32,000 nt of DNA from the NCBI RefSeq assembly GCF_014280175.1, contig NZ_CP047931.1, positions 360,001-392,000 on the forward strand. The letters run 5' to 3'. Of this stretch, positions 9,714-18,508 are shown one piece after another; positions within the stretch are counted from its first letter, which is position 1; every line of letters begins with the position of its first letter. This stretch comes from Synechococcus sp. A15-28. Its GTDB lineage: Bacteria; Cyanobacteriota; Cyanobacteriia; PCC-6307; Cyanobiaceae. The notes under the pieces were generated by a model. That model was not told where the DNA came from, ran no database searches, and saw only the letters and a program-made list of their open reading frames with translations. The translations under genes and the position numbers were made by a program.

Positions 9714-12700
9714 TCAGGCGGCATCGGGAAGTCCCACCACCTGGGTGTGGGCGCCGCGGGCCTGGGTCACCCCAATGGTGCGCTCCGCTGCAGCGATCAT
9801 CGGCCGGCGGTGGCTCACCACCATGAACTGGGCCTGTTCGGCCTGGGTGGCGATCAGGGCGGCCAGGCGTTCCACGTTGACGCCGTCCAGAAAGCTGTCC
9901 ACCTCATCCAGGGCGTAGAAGGGTGAGGGGCGGAAACGCTGCAGCGCGAACAGGAAACTGAGGGCGGTGAGGGATTTCTCGCCGCCGGACATCGCCGCGA
10001 GCCGACGCACCGCCTTGCCCTTGGGATGGGCCACCAGGGTCAGACCTCCCTCCAGGGGCTCTTCCTGGTTCTCCAGTTGCAGGTGGCCATCACCGTCGGA
10101 GAGCGAGGCGAAGATCTCGCGGAAATGGCCGTCCACGGCGATGAAGGCCTCCATGAAGGCTTCCTGGCGCAGGGTGGCCACGGTTTCGATCCGCAACAAC
10201 AGCTCCTCCCGTTCGCTGTTGAGCACCTCCAGCCGCTCGTTGAGCTCCGCCAACCGCTGCTCGAGGGCCTCCAGTTCCTCCAGCGCCAGCATGTTCACCG
10301 GTTCCAGCGCTTCCATGCGTTGCTGAATCGCCTGCAGGTCTGCCTGAAGGGCCTCCAGGCCCGCCAATCGCAGTTCTTCGGGAATCTCGGGGCGGGGATC
10401 CGGCAGGGCCTGTTCCATCTCCTGCAGCCGGATGGCGCCGCTGCGCTGCTCCTCGATCAGCCCCTCCCGCTCTTCCTTCAGACGCTCCAGGTTCCATTCG
10501 GCCTGCTGCAGCTCCTGCCGTTGGCGGCCCACCTCCGCTTCGGCGGCATCCCGGGCCCGGCGCTGCTCGCCGAACCGCTCCTGCAGGTCGGATTGCTGTT
10601 GCTGCAGGGAGCTGCGCTGTTGCTGCAGCTCCTGTTGTTGCTCGCGCCAGCTCGTGTGGGTGGTGGCCAGGGCCTGCACCGCCTCCTGCAGCCTCTGCTC
10701 CTCCTCCTCGAGGGTCTGACGCTGGTCCCCCAGACGTTCGATCGCCAGCTGCCGTTCGCGTTGGGCCTGCAGCAATGCATCCCGTTCCCTGCGGGCGGCG
10801 TCCAGACGGCCATCCGCCGCCTCCAGATCCTGTTGAAGTTGCTGCCAGGCGGCGGCATCGTCATGGCCGTCGCTGGTCCGTTCAGCGGCTTCCAGCTGGA
10901 GCAGTTCCTCCTGAAGTGGCGTCAGCTGCTGAGCGATCACCGCCAGTCGTTGCTGCTGGTCGCATTGATCCTGTTGCAGCCGGCTCAAGCGTTCTCCCCG
11001 CTGCTTGCTCCGTTCCAGCAGGGGTCCATGGTTACGCCGGGCGGCGTTGCGCTCAGCGACGAGGGCTGCCTGGCGTTGCTCCAGCTCCCGCAGCTGGGGC
11101 TTCTGCTGCTCCAGCGTCTGGGCCAGTTTTGATTCCTCGCGGCGACAGGCCGCCAGGGTTTCCCCCAGTTCCAGCAGACGCCTGCGCAGCGGTTCCGCTT
11201 CATCCTGATCGCTGCTGCGGCCGAAACTCAAGCCACCGCTGCGCTGGGACAGGCTGCCGCCGGTCATGGCGCCGCTCTTTTCCAGCAACTCTCCGTCGAT
11301 GGTGACGGCCCGGCTGCGGCCGAGCTGCTGACGGGCACTGCTGAGATCGCTGAACACCAGCGTGTCGCCGAAGACGTAGGCGAACACCTGGTCGTAGACG
11401 GGCTCGAAACGCACCAGGTCCACGGCGCGGCCCACAAGGCCGCCGCTGGTTTCTCCGCCTCCGGCGCGGGGCCCGCGGGCGAAGGCGGCACCGCTGCCGC
11501 CACCGCCGGGGGCGCGGATTTTGTTGAGTGGCAGGAAGGTGAGGCGGCCGGCGCGGCGGCTCTTGAGCAGCTCGATGGCCCGGGCGGCGATGCGGTCGTC
11601 ATCCACCACCACCTGGCCCAGCCGGGCACCGGCGGCCACTTCCAGGGCGAGGCGGTGACGATCGTCCACTTCCCCCAACTGGGCCACCGGCCCGTGGATG
11701 CCATCGAGACCGGCCTCCAGCAGCAGCCGCAGGGCACCGGTGCCGCGGCTCTCCTGCAGCGCATCGCGGCGGCTTTCCAGGCGGGCGATCTCCCGCTCCA
11801 GCCTGGTCTGCTCCTGTTCCAGCCGCGATCGGGTGCGCTGTTGAATCGCCAGGGAGTCCGCTGTCTGCTGCAGCGCCTGTTTCCCGGATGACAGGGTCTG
11901 CAGCAGGCCCTGCCAGTCCTGTTCCAGCTGTTCCAGGCGCTGCTGCACCGCCTGCTCGTCGTCGCCGTCCTGCTGTTGCTCCTGCTGAAGCTCCGCCAGC
12001 CGTTCCGCCTCCTGGCGCAGTCGCTCCTGCAGCTGTTGCTGCTCCTCCAGGAGCGGCGCCAGGGCGACCTGCAGCTCCTGGCGCCGTCCACTGCGCCGTT
12101 TCTGCTCCTCCAGCCAGGCGCCGGAGCGGCCGGCCACGTCACCGAGGCGTCGCCTGGACACCTCCACCGCCGCTTCCGCCCCTCGACAGGTGGCTTCGGC
12201 CGCGGCCAGGGCGTCCTGATGGGGATCCTGCTCGAGTTCCCGGGACTGCTGCAGCCATTGCTGGCGGCGGTTGGCCAGGTCGTGGCGCAGCCCCTGCAGT
12301 CGCTGGCCCTCCTCCTGATGACGGCCGGCCTGCCGTTCCAGTTCCCGGGCGCTGGTCTCCAGACCCTTCAGCTCGGCCTGCACCGCCAGCAACTGATCTT
12401 CCCCGAGGGCCTTCACCTGCTCCTGCAGGGTCTGCAGTTCCGCGCTGGCTTTGCTGAGGGTCTCCTTGCCGCTGGCAATGGCCGCGGCGTCTCTCTGTTC
12501 CTGGGCTTCCAGGGCCTGCTGGCGATTGGCCAGATCCTTCAGGGCCTGTCCTGCGGCTTCGAAGGCCAGCACCATCTCCTGGCGACGGCCCAGCTGCAGC
12601 CGTTCCCGCAGCTGTTGGTACTGGCGGGCCTTGGCACAGTCTTTTTCCAGGCGCTCGCGACTGGCCAGCAGTTCCTGCTCAATGATCCGGCAGCGGTCCT

Positions 12701-13325
12701 GCCGCTCCTGCACGTCGTCGAGCTTGCGGCGGGTCTGCTCGATGCGGCTGTCAAACAGGGCGACCCCAGCCAGTTCATCGATCAGGCCGCGGCGGTCGCG
12801 GTTGCTCATCGAGACGATGCGGGTCACATCGCCCTGCATCACCACGTTGCTGCCTTCGGGGTCGATGCGCAGCCGCCGCAACTGGGTCTGCAGCTGCTGC
12901 AGATTGCAGGCCACCCCATCGGCGCTGTAGCTGGAGCTGTAGGAGCCCCCCGGCATCACCCGCAGCTTGCGGCTGACGGTCCATTCAGTCTGCCCCGGTT
13001 TGATCCAGGGCCCCTCCTCCGGCGCCTCGAGACCGTCTTCGGCGGCGTCCGGCTGCCAGTCGCTGAGGTCGAAGCGGACGCTCACGGTGGTCTCGGCGGC
13101 CTTACCCGCCTTGAGCACGGCGCTGTTGATCAGGTCCGGCAGGCGATCAGCCCGCATCCCCCGGCTGGTGGCCAGGCCGAGGCAGAACAGAACGCCGTCA
13201 AGAATGTTGCTTTTGCCCGAGCCGTTCGGCCCCGTCACCACGGTGAACCCCTGCTCGAGGGGGATCGTCATCGCCCCACCGAACGACTTGAACTGCGTCA
13301 GCCCGACCTGATTGATGTGAACCAA
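9714..13325 (-). CDS. smc: Chromosome segregation protein SMC
   Basis: 1203 aa with Walker A GPNGSGKSN, long Q/E/L/R coiled coils, a hinge, signature SGGEKSLTALS and Walker B FYALDEVDSFLD. Confidence 0.97.
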   Translation of the reverse strand: MVHINQVGLTQFKSFGGAMTIPLEQGFTVVTGPNGSGKSNILDGVLFCLGLATSRGMRADRLPDLINSAVLKAGKAAETTVSVRFDLSDWQPDAAEDGLEAPEEGPWIKPGQTEWTVSRKLRVMPGGSYSSSYSADGVACNLQQLQTQLRRLRIDPEGSNVVMQGDVTRIVSMSNRDRRGLIDELAGVALFDSRIEQTRRKLDDVQERQDRCRIIEQELLASRERLEKDCAKARQYQQLRERLQLGRRQEMVLAFEAAGQALKDLANRQQALEAQEQRDAAAIASGKETLSKASAELQTLQEQVKALGEDQLLAVQAELKGLETSARELERQAGRHQEEGQRLQGLRHDLANRRQQWLQQSRELEQDPHQDALAAAEATCRGAEAAVEVSRRRLGDVAGRSGAWLEEQKRRSGRRQELQVALAPLLEEQQQLQERLRQEAERLAELQQEQQQDGDDEQAVQQRLEQLEQDWQGLLQTLSSGKQALQQTADSLAIQQRTRSRLEQEQTRLEREIARLESRRDALQESRGTGALRLLLEAGLDGIHGPVAQLGEVDDRHRLALEVAAGARLGQVVVDDDRIAARAIELLKSRRAGRLTFLPLNKIRAPGGGGSGAAFARGPRAGGGETSGGLVGRAVDLVRFEPVYDQVFAYVFGDTLVFSDLSSARQQLGRSRAVTIDGELLEKSGAMTGGSLSQRSGGLSFGRSSDQDEAEPLRRRLLELGETLAACRREESKLAQTLEQQKPQLRELEQRQAALVAERNAARRNHGPLLERSKQRGERLSRLQQDQCDQQQRLAVIAQQLTPLQEELLQLEAAERTSDGHDDAAAWQQLQQDLEAADGRLDAARRERDALLQAQRERQLAIERLGDQRQTLEEEEQRLQEAVQALATTHTSWREQQQELQQQRSSLQQQQSDLQERFGEQRRARDAAEAEVGRQRQELQQAEWNLERLKEEREGLIEEQRSGAIRLQEMEQALPDPRPEIPEELRLAGLEALQADLQAIQQRMEALEPVNMLALEELEALEQRLAELNERLEVLNSEREELLLRIETVATLRQEAFMEAFIAVDGHFREIFASLSDGDGHLQLENQEEPLEGGLTLVAHPKGKAVRRLAAMSGGEKSLTALSFLFALQRFRPSPFYALDEVDSFLDGVNVERLAALIATQAEQAQFMVVSHRRPMIAAAERTIGVTQARGAHTQVVGLPDAA

Positions 13326-13375
13326 CAGGAGCGGGGGCTGTCAGCGGACCGAAAGTAGCGGAGCTCACGAAAAGC

Positions 13376-13735
13376 TCAAGTCCGCCTTAACGAGCAGAGG
13401 CCTTGCTTGATCCTCAACTGACCCCGCAGGTCGCCATCCAGCAGCGACAGGTCCACTGGATCTGTGGGGTTGTGCGGGAGCTGGCCCTGGAAGTGCCCTG
13501 CCATGACGCGCTCCGCCCAGCCGCGGCCGCCGGAGACGGCGGCACTGCGGGGCTCAAGCCACACCAGCCGATGTCGTGTCAGGGGAACAGCCGCCTGAGG
13601 GCGTCCACCGAGTGATGGAACCGTCTGCAGGCGCCATGTGCGGCAGGCATCGCCGTCCTCCAGCAGCAGATCGAAATGACAGCCGCTGGGGTCGTCCGGG
13701 GCGTCGGTGTGGCGCAGCAGGGAATAACGGGCCAT
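13376..13735 (-). CDS. Stand-alone LigD_N-like (3'-phosphoesterase-like) domain protein
   Basis: Starts at MARYSLLRH. The pattern LLRH..(D)..HFDLLLE.G....TWRL.....L..HR..WLE....VSGGRGW..RV..G resembles the LigD N-terminal domain family. Alternative ATG at 13768. The longer 268-aa ORF upstream part is A/P/G-rich and unlikely to be coding. Confidence 0.6.
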   Translation of the reverse strand: MARYSLLRHTDAPDDPSGCHFDLLLEDGDACRTWRLQTVPSLGGRPQAAVPLTRHRLVWLEPRSAAVSGGRGWAERVMAGHFQGQLPHNPTDPVDLSLLDGDLRGQLRIKQGLCSLRRT

Positions 13736-13842
13736 GGTCACGTCAGCGGTGGATCCGGTGACTGGCATCCCGTTGGCTCCTGGGCCCTGATTGTTGCAAT
13801 GGATCACGCTCACTAGCCTGTAAGGAGACTCCCTCAGCCGCC

Positions 13843-14256
13843 ATGGACGCGCAGCCCAACGGCAGCTCCGACCACCATTTCCGCGAGCGCTTCGACAGCC
13901 TCCTGCCGAGCATTCGTCGCCGCTGGCCGGATCTGGCTCAGCACACTCTGGAAGCCACCCGGGGCAGCATGGACGAGGTGGTGCGGCTGATTGAGCAGAA
14001 CACAGGGTTGACCCCCCAGGGGGTGCGTGAGCAGCTCGAGGAGTTGATGCATTCGGCTGGAGAGAGCGGCCGTCATCTGGCCGACAGCCTTGATCCGTTG
14101 GAACAGCAGCTGGAGCAGCTGCTGGATGAGCTGAACTCAACCCTGCGACCACGGATTGAACGCCCGGTCCGTCAGCGGCCACTGCTGGCTGTGGGAGTGG
14201 CCCTCGGGGTGGGTGTGCTGATCGGCTCGTTGCTCAGCGGCGGGCGGCGCTCCTGA
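13843..14256 (+). CDS. C-tail-anchored stress-type protein (YqjD/ElaB, DUF883-like architecture)
   Basis: 137 aa. A helical soluble region is followed by a single C-terminal TM helix (LLAVGVALGVGVLIGSLL). Confidence 0.6.
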   Translation: MDAQPNGSSDHHFRERFDSLLPSIRRRWPDLAQHTLEATRGSMDEVVRLIEQNTGLTPQGVREQLEELMHSAGESGRHLADSLDPLEQQLEQLLDELNSTLRPRIERPVRQRPLLAVGVALGVGVLIGSLLSGGRRS

Positions 14257-14642
14257 TGACGGATTCCCAACGACCCCGCGGACTCGGAGCGGCTGCACGG
14301 GTGACCACGTTGGCGGCATCCGTGATGGACCTGCATGTGCGCATGGCGCTGCAGGAGGTGGATCGGGAGAAGCGCCGCTTGATCAGTGGTGGGCTGTTCA
14401 TGGCCATCGGTGGCACGTCGATGCTGTTGGCGCTGCTGGCCGGTGAGGTGGCTCTCGTGCTGTGGATTCAGCAGACCTGGAGCCTGAGCCTCAGTCAGGC
14501 CTTGCTCGCTCTGGCCAGCGCCAATCTGGTGCTGGCGGGCATCAGCCTGCGCATTGGCGGCCAGGTGCTCAAAGCTCCGTACCTGCCCCAGACCCTGGAG
14601 GGTCTGAGCCGAACCGTGAGGGCTGTTCTCGGTCGCGAGTGA
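14256..14642 (+). CDS. YqjE-like / 'phage holin family' membrane protein (DUF1469-like)
   Basis: 128 aa with two TM helices. Start overlaps the upstream stop (TGATG), the same pairing as E. coli yqjD-yqjE. Confidence 0.6.
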   Translation: MTDSQRPRGLGAAARVTTLAASVMDLHVRMALQEVDREKRRLISGGLFMAIGGTSMLLALLAGEVALVLWIQQTWSLSLSQALLALASANLVLAGISLRIGGQVLKAPYLPQTLEGLSRTVRAVLGRE

Positions 14643-14643
14643 T

Positions 14644-15786
14644 TCAGCGGATCGCGTAGTTCAGCCAGCGGCAATCGATGCCGCCGTTGCTGATGGGGAT
14701 TCTCCGACTGGCCTTGAGTCGCAGGGCACCGGTGAGGGAAGGGTTACCGCTCAGTAACCACAGCTGCCAGCCCGAGGCCTGCTCTTTCAGGAAGGATCCA
14801 AGCGACCGGTAGAGCTGTTCGAGGTCGTCATCGGCACCGATGCGCTGGCCATAGGGCGGATTGCACACCAACAGGCCGGGGCCCGGCGGCAGGGTCTGCT
14901 GTTCAAAGCTGCCGGAATGAATGGAGATCAGTCCTTCGAGGCCGGCGGCTCGGATGTTGTCGCGGGCCTGATCAGCAACGTGTGGATCCTTCTCGTAGCC
15001 CAGGACGGGAGCCAGATCTAGATCGGAGCGGCGGCGTTGGCGAGCCCTGTCCTGCTCGCGTTCCCAGAGGTCCATCTCGAAGTCAGCCCAACCCTCCAGG
15101 CCAAACGTTCGATTCAGACCTGGGGCCTGTTGCAGGGCCATCGTCACAGCCTCGATCAGCAGAATGCCGCTGCCGCAGCAGGGGTCCACCAGGGGAGTGC
15201 GGCCATCCCAGCCGGTGAGTTGAATCAGCCCAGCGGCCAGGTTCTCCTTCAAAGGAGCGGTGCCCATGGCGGCGCGGTAACCCCGCCGGTGCAGGCTGCC
15301 GCCGCTGCCATCCAGGCTCAGTACAGCGCCACCGCGGTTGAGGTGGAGATGCAGAGCCAGATCGGGATTGTCCAAGTCGATCGACGAGCGTTCTCCCCAT
15401 CGCTCCCGTTGCAGGTCCACCAGGGCGTTCTTCACCTGCAGAGCTGAGTAGTGGCTGTGGTTCAACCCCGGGGCTGTGCCAGTCACGTCCACCCGGAAGC
15501 TCATCGAGGGATGCAGCCAGCGCTCCCAATTCAGGGCGTTGCGGATGCCGTCATAGAGATCATCCCTGCCCTGACAGGGAAAGTCCGCCATCTCCCGCAG
15601 CAGACGGAAGGGCAAGCGTGATTGCAGATGCAGCCGATAGAGGCAGGCCATATCGGCCTGAAAGGCGGCGGCTCGGCGCAGGGGCTGAACCCCATGGGCC
15701 CCTAGAGCCACAAGTTCTTCGCATCCCAGTGCTTCCAACCCCTGAGGCAGCACAGCCACGCCGTCAAGACGGTGTCCTCGTCCCAC
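14644..15786 (-). CDS. THUMP-domain class I SAM-dependent RNA methyltransferase (RlmL N-half-like)
   Basis: Motif I DPCCGSGILLIEA and motif IV NPPYGQRIG after a THUMP-like N-domain. The ORF-track start at 15993 would run antisense through the tmRNA gene. The in-frame GTG at 15786 (VGRGHRLDGVAVLPQG) is proposed instead. Confidence 0.85.
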   Translation of the reverse strand: MGRGHRLDGVAVLPQGLEALGCEELVALGAHGVQPLRRAAAFQADMACLYRLHLQSRLPFRLLREMADFPCQGRDDLYDGIRNALNWERWLHPSMSFRVDVTGTAPGLNHSHYSALQVKNALVDLQRERWGERSSIDLDNPDLALHLHLNRGGAVLSLDGSGGSLHRRGYRAAMGTAPLKENLAAGLIQLTGWDGRTPLVDPCCGSGILLIEAVTMALQQAPGLNRTFGLEGWADFEMDLWEREQDRARQRRRSDLDLAPVLGYEKDPHVADQARDNIRAAGLEGLISIHSGSFEQQTLPPGPGLLVCNPPYGQRIGADDDLEQLYRSLGSFLKEQASGWQLWLLSGNPSLTGALRLKASRRIPISNGGIDCRWLNYAIR

Positions 15787-15804
15787 GTGGTTGTGCTCCA
15801 GGTC

Positions 15805-15895
15805 ACCACTGCTGTCAGAATGACAGGGTTCGGTTCTCCGGACTAGGTGATCCACACCAGTGTTTCGGACAGCGGTTCGATTCCGCTCAGCTCCA
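15805..15895 (+). ncRNA. ssrA: tmRNA acceptor piece of a permuted two-piece ssrA (5' boundary approximate)
   Basis: GGACTAGG...TGTTTCGGAC is followed by T arm AGCGG-TTCGATT-CCGCT (15871-15887), 3' acceptor strand CAGCTCC (15888-15894) and discriminator A (15895). CCA is not encoded. Confidence 0.8.
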
Positions 15896-15910
15896 TTCTC
15901 CCTTTCACGA

Positions 15911-16110
15911 GGGGCTGCAATGGTTTCGACGGGGCATGAGGAGGGTGACTGAAGCCTGCTCGGTGAGAGCAAACCCGTAACTGCGAACAACATCGTTCGT
16001 TTCTCCCGTCAAGCAGCCCCTGTTGCTGCCTGACCCTTAGGGGAGATGGGGTGAAGTCAGCCTTATCACCCAATTGACTCATGGGGGCTGTAAGGCCCCT
16101 TCAACTCATC
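15911..16110 (+). ncRNA. ssrA: tmRNA coding piece of the permuted ssrA (3' boundary approximate)
   Basis: Begins GGGGCTGCAATGGTTTCGACGGGG. GGGGCTG pairs with CAGCTCC, giving the G3:U70 alanine identity pair. The tag frame at 15983-16033, GCG AAC AAC ATC GTT CGT TTC TCC CGT CAA GCA GCC CCT GTT GCT GCC TGA, encodes (A)NNIVRFSRQAAPVAA*. Terminal hairpin at 16084-16099. Confidence 0.8.
16064..16086 (+). repeat. att core copy 1 (attL), within the tmRNA coding-piece 3' region
   Basis: TATCACCCAATTGACTCATGGGG. Its partner at 24925-24947 differs at one base. Confidence 0.75.
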
Positions 16111-17159
16111 CCAAGGGAACGGATCTGGCAATTACGCCAGAGCCCGAAAAATCCCTTTCCGACAAATCTTCCGACAAGCTCCCGCCCGTCTTTGCCGGGC
16201 TAGATAAGGCGGAGGCTTTGGCCTACGTCAGCCGCTTGTTTGATGCGGCAGCCGCCGGCGCCGTGCTCTGGGGGGACAAGCTCCTCCTGAAGCGATTCCT
16301 TGAGCAGTGCTCGCGCACCGGCTCCCAGGAGACCAAGGACGGCTATCGGCGAGAGCTGCAGCACTTCACTCGCTGGCGTGACCAGAACCACCCACACATG
16401 CACCTGAGGGAACTCGATCCCGCGCTGGTGGATGACTGGGTCTCTTCCTTGCGTGAGCAGGTGGAGGCAGGGGAGCTAAAACCGCGTTCCTTCAACCGCC
16501 GCATCAGTGCGGTGAGCGCCCTTTACCGGTGGGCCGCGGAACCTACCCGATCAACTGTGTCAGGAGTGCCGCGGAACCCAGTCCCCCGAAGAACAGGAAT
16601 GTCGGCACCAAAGTTGGCCAAGCCGTTGGCTGAGTCTGATCTGACATCAGTCCTGGGAGTCATCAGTGCCGCGAAGGTAAAAGGCTCCGCCATTGCTGCG
16701 CGTGACTATGTGATGGTCCGCGGTTCGTATCTGATTGGTTGTCGCGTGTCTGAACTGTGCCGGCTCCGCTGGCAGGACATTGAGCGATTGGATAACGGCG
16801 GTCAGGTTTCCCTTTTGGGCAAGGGGAACAAGCCCCGCACGATTCGTGTCAGCGTCGCAACCTTGGAGCTGTTTGAGTCGTTGGGCCGCGGCGAGCCTGA
16901 AGACTGGTTGTTTCCGAGCGACCGGCGTGAGGGCCCAATGACTCGTCAGGCAGTCGCAGCTCGCATGGCGAGGTGGGGAAAGGAGGCTGGGGTGAGGCTC
17001 TATCCGCATCGTTGTCGTCACACGCATGCCACGAATGCTGTTCGCGCTGGGACAAGCCTTTTTGTTTTGCAGGCAACTCTTGGCCACAGCTCATCTGCAA
17101 CGACTGGTCATTACGTTGCCGCCAACCCTGAAGACAGTTCTTCTCTACGACTTGGGTGA
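16074..17159 (+). CDS. Tyrosine recombinase / phage-type integrase (int1)
   Basis: Catalytic signature R (GCRVSELCRLRW), HxxR (HRCRHTHATNAV) and H...Y (LGHSSSATTGHYV). The longest ORF starts at a TTG inside the att core. The true start may be downstream, for example TTG 16218. Confidence 0.88.
   Translation: MTHGGCKAPSTHPKGTDLAITPEPEKSLSDKSSDKLPPVFAGLDKAEALAYVSRLFDAAAAGAVLWGDKLLLKRFLEQCSRTGSQETKDGYRRELQHFTRWRDQNHPHMHLRELDPALVDDWVSSLREQVEAGELKPRSFNRRISAVSALYRWAAEPTRSTVSGVPRNPVPRRTGMSAPKLAKPLAESDLTSVLGVISAAKVKGSAIAARDYVMVRGSYLIGCRVSELCRLRWQDIERLDNGGQVSLLGKGNKPRTIRVSVATLELFESLGRGEPEDWLFPSDRREGPMTRQAVAARMARWGKEAGVRLYPHRCRHTHATNAVRAGTSLFVLQATLGHSSSATTGHYVAANPEDSSSLRLG
16157..16177 (+). promoter_or_regulatory. 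Doublet TTCCGACAA-N3-TTCCGACAA (candidate arm-type recombinase site, left end)
   Basis: TTCCGACAAATCTTCCGACAA. Nearly the same doublet, in the same orientation, occurs at 24789-24808. Confidence 0.45.
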
Positions 17160-17550
17160 CGTAAGCAGAATTGTGTAAAGTCGTTTTTAATTGCAATTAG
17201 GCATAAAGAAGGGGACAGTTTTCACATGCCCCCTTCCCTGCCTGAAGTTTGCAAGGAGCACCCCTGCACATTCAATTTAGCGCCATTGCTCCGCTTGTAG
17301 GAGCTTTTTTAATGGCAAAACTGCCCTAAAGCTCTGCATTTGAGCTTATTTTGTTCAAATGATGGCTAGAATATGATTGTCACTCTGGAGGCTTAAATGA
17401 CTGTCAGAGATCCATTGACTGTCAAAGAGGTGCGAAAACTTTGTGAGTCGCGCTTACGCATCTAGCGGGATCAATCTACTCCTGATGATGATCTGCCGAA
17501 TGTTCCTGAGTGTCCACTGACTAATCCGTCAATCCATCGACTTATTGACA

Positions 17551-17955
17551 ATGTTTGATCTCGATCAGGAAGTGGCTAAAGCCCACCAGTCTGTAACCGA
17601 AATAGAGAGCCAGGCCAGGGCGATTGAGGCACGAATCAAGAAGATTGATGGGGCTGACAACCTGCTGCCCAAGAGGGCCTATGGCAAATCCATTGATACC
17701 GCTGCAATCGCCAGATCTTTAACCCTGCGTTCTTTGCTGGCAAAGAACGATCCCCAGCTCGCCAGTTACTTAGGTGTGGGCACCGATGCCCACATCAGAG
17801 CAGAAGAGGAAAAGGAAGCTCGCCGTCTGCGCGCACAGGCCCTGGGGATGAAGACTGAAAAGATTCGCGCTCAAAATCAGGCTGCTGCCCTTCATCGAGA
17901 GCGTGCTTCCCTTGCTGGGGTTAGTCCATTGACAGGCCGGAGGCTTGGACAATGA
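17551..17955 (+). CDS. Hypothetical coiled-coil protein
   Basis: ATG at 17551. First gene of a + strand cluster whose members overlap by ATGA. Charged helical composition with no recognisable motif. Confidence 0.5.
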   Translation: MFDLDQEVAKAHQSVTEIESQARAIEARIKKIDGADNLLPKRAYGKSIDTAAIARSLTLRSLLAKNDPQLASYLGVGTDAHIRAEEEKEARRLRAQALGMKTEKIRAQNQAAALHRERASLAGVSPLTGRRLGQ

Positions 17956-18293
17956 GAACTGCTAAGTGCCATCCTCAGCTCGGCTGGCTTCGGCTTGAGC
18001 CTTACGACTATTCACGCTCACTGGATCACCTTTTGGCGTGTAGGGACAGAGATTCTGATCTGACTCGTAGCGGGCCTAGCCCGGAGTACATCAGTTGGAT
18101 GTGGTCGACGGAGCTGCCTGGGCTGATGCGGAAGGAGAAATACAGAGATCAAGTTCGTCAGCACTGTTCTGACCTTGCTCGTAAGTCCGAGGAGTTGGAC
18201 ATCGACATCCGTTCGATTGTCGGGTCGAAATTGGAGCAGCAGGCAAAAGCCGACGAGTTAAGAGCACAACTGACTGCGCTGTTGGATGAATGA
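17952..18293 (+). CDS. Hypothetical protein
   Basis: 113 aa with ATGA overlaps at both the upstream and downstream junctions. Confidence 0.5.
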   Translation: MRTAKCHPQLGWLRLEPYDYSRSLDHLLACRDRDSDLTRSGPSPEYISWMWSTELPGLMRKEKYRDQVRQHCSDLARKSEELDIDIRSIVGSKLEQQAKADELRAQLTALLDE

Positions 18294-18508
18294 TCACTTC
18301 CGATGTTCAGCATGTCGCAACAGTTCTTGCGTCTACCCATCGCCAACATCCAGAGACCTTGCATTCTTTGGTGCCGATGTTCGGCGGACTGATCGTGATC
18401 ACCAACCGCCAGCTCCTTTTGCACCTGCTGGATACGGAGACTGATTGGCCATGGCAAGAGCCACCGCAGCAGAGACCGCCGAACGGGTTGGTCAGCTCCA
18501 AAAACTGA
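18290..18508 (+). CDS. Hypothetical small protein (doubtful)
   Basis: 72 aa. Overlaps the previous stop by ATGA but overlaps the next gene by ~58 nt. Confidence 0.3.
   Translation: MITSDVQHVATVLASTHRQHPETLHSLVPMFGGLIVITNRQLLLHLLDTETDWPWQEPPQQRPPNGLVSSKN

Noticed and set aside
9967-13358. Many long ORFs overlapping smc in other frames or antisense (for example 368 aa at 10026-11132, 460 aa at 11976-13358, 292 aa at 11264-12142).
   Set aside because: They are L/Q/P/A/R-rich low-complexity translations, typical of stop-poor alternative frames in G+C-rich coiled-coil coding DNA. The smc frame has clear Walker A, signature and Walker B motifs.
15787-15993. N-terminal 69-residue extension of the methyltransferase ORF (ORF-track start 15993).
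   Set aside because: It would be antisense to the tmRNA acceptor piece and the start of the coding piece. An in-frame GTG at 15786 gives a normal THUMP-protein N-terminus.
17398-17466. 22-aa ORF with a GGAGG Shine-Dalgarno in the 385-bp spacer after int1 (MTVRDPLTVKEVRKLCESRLRI).
   Set aside because: It is too short to support. It may be a remnant of an AlpA-like HTH gene, but this cannot be shown from sequence alone.
18445-18508. Possible programmed -1 frameshift joining the 72-aa ORF to the HTH ORF (about 58-64-nt overlap, TCC AAA AAC near the stop).
   Set aside because: There is no canonical X XXY YYZ slippery heptamer in the zero frame. The HTH ORF also has its own ATG (18451) with an upstream GGAG.
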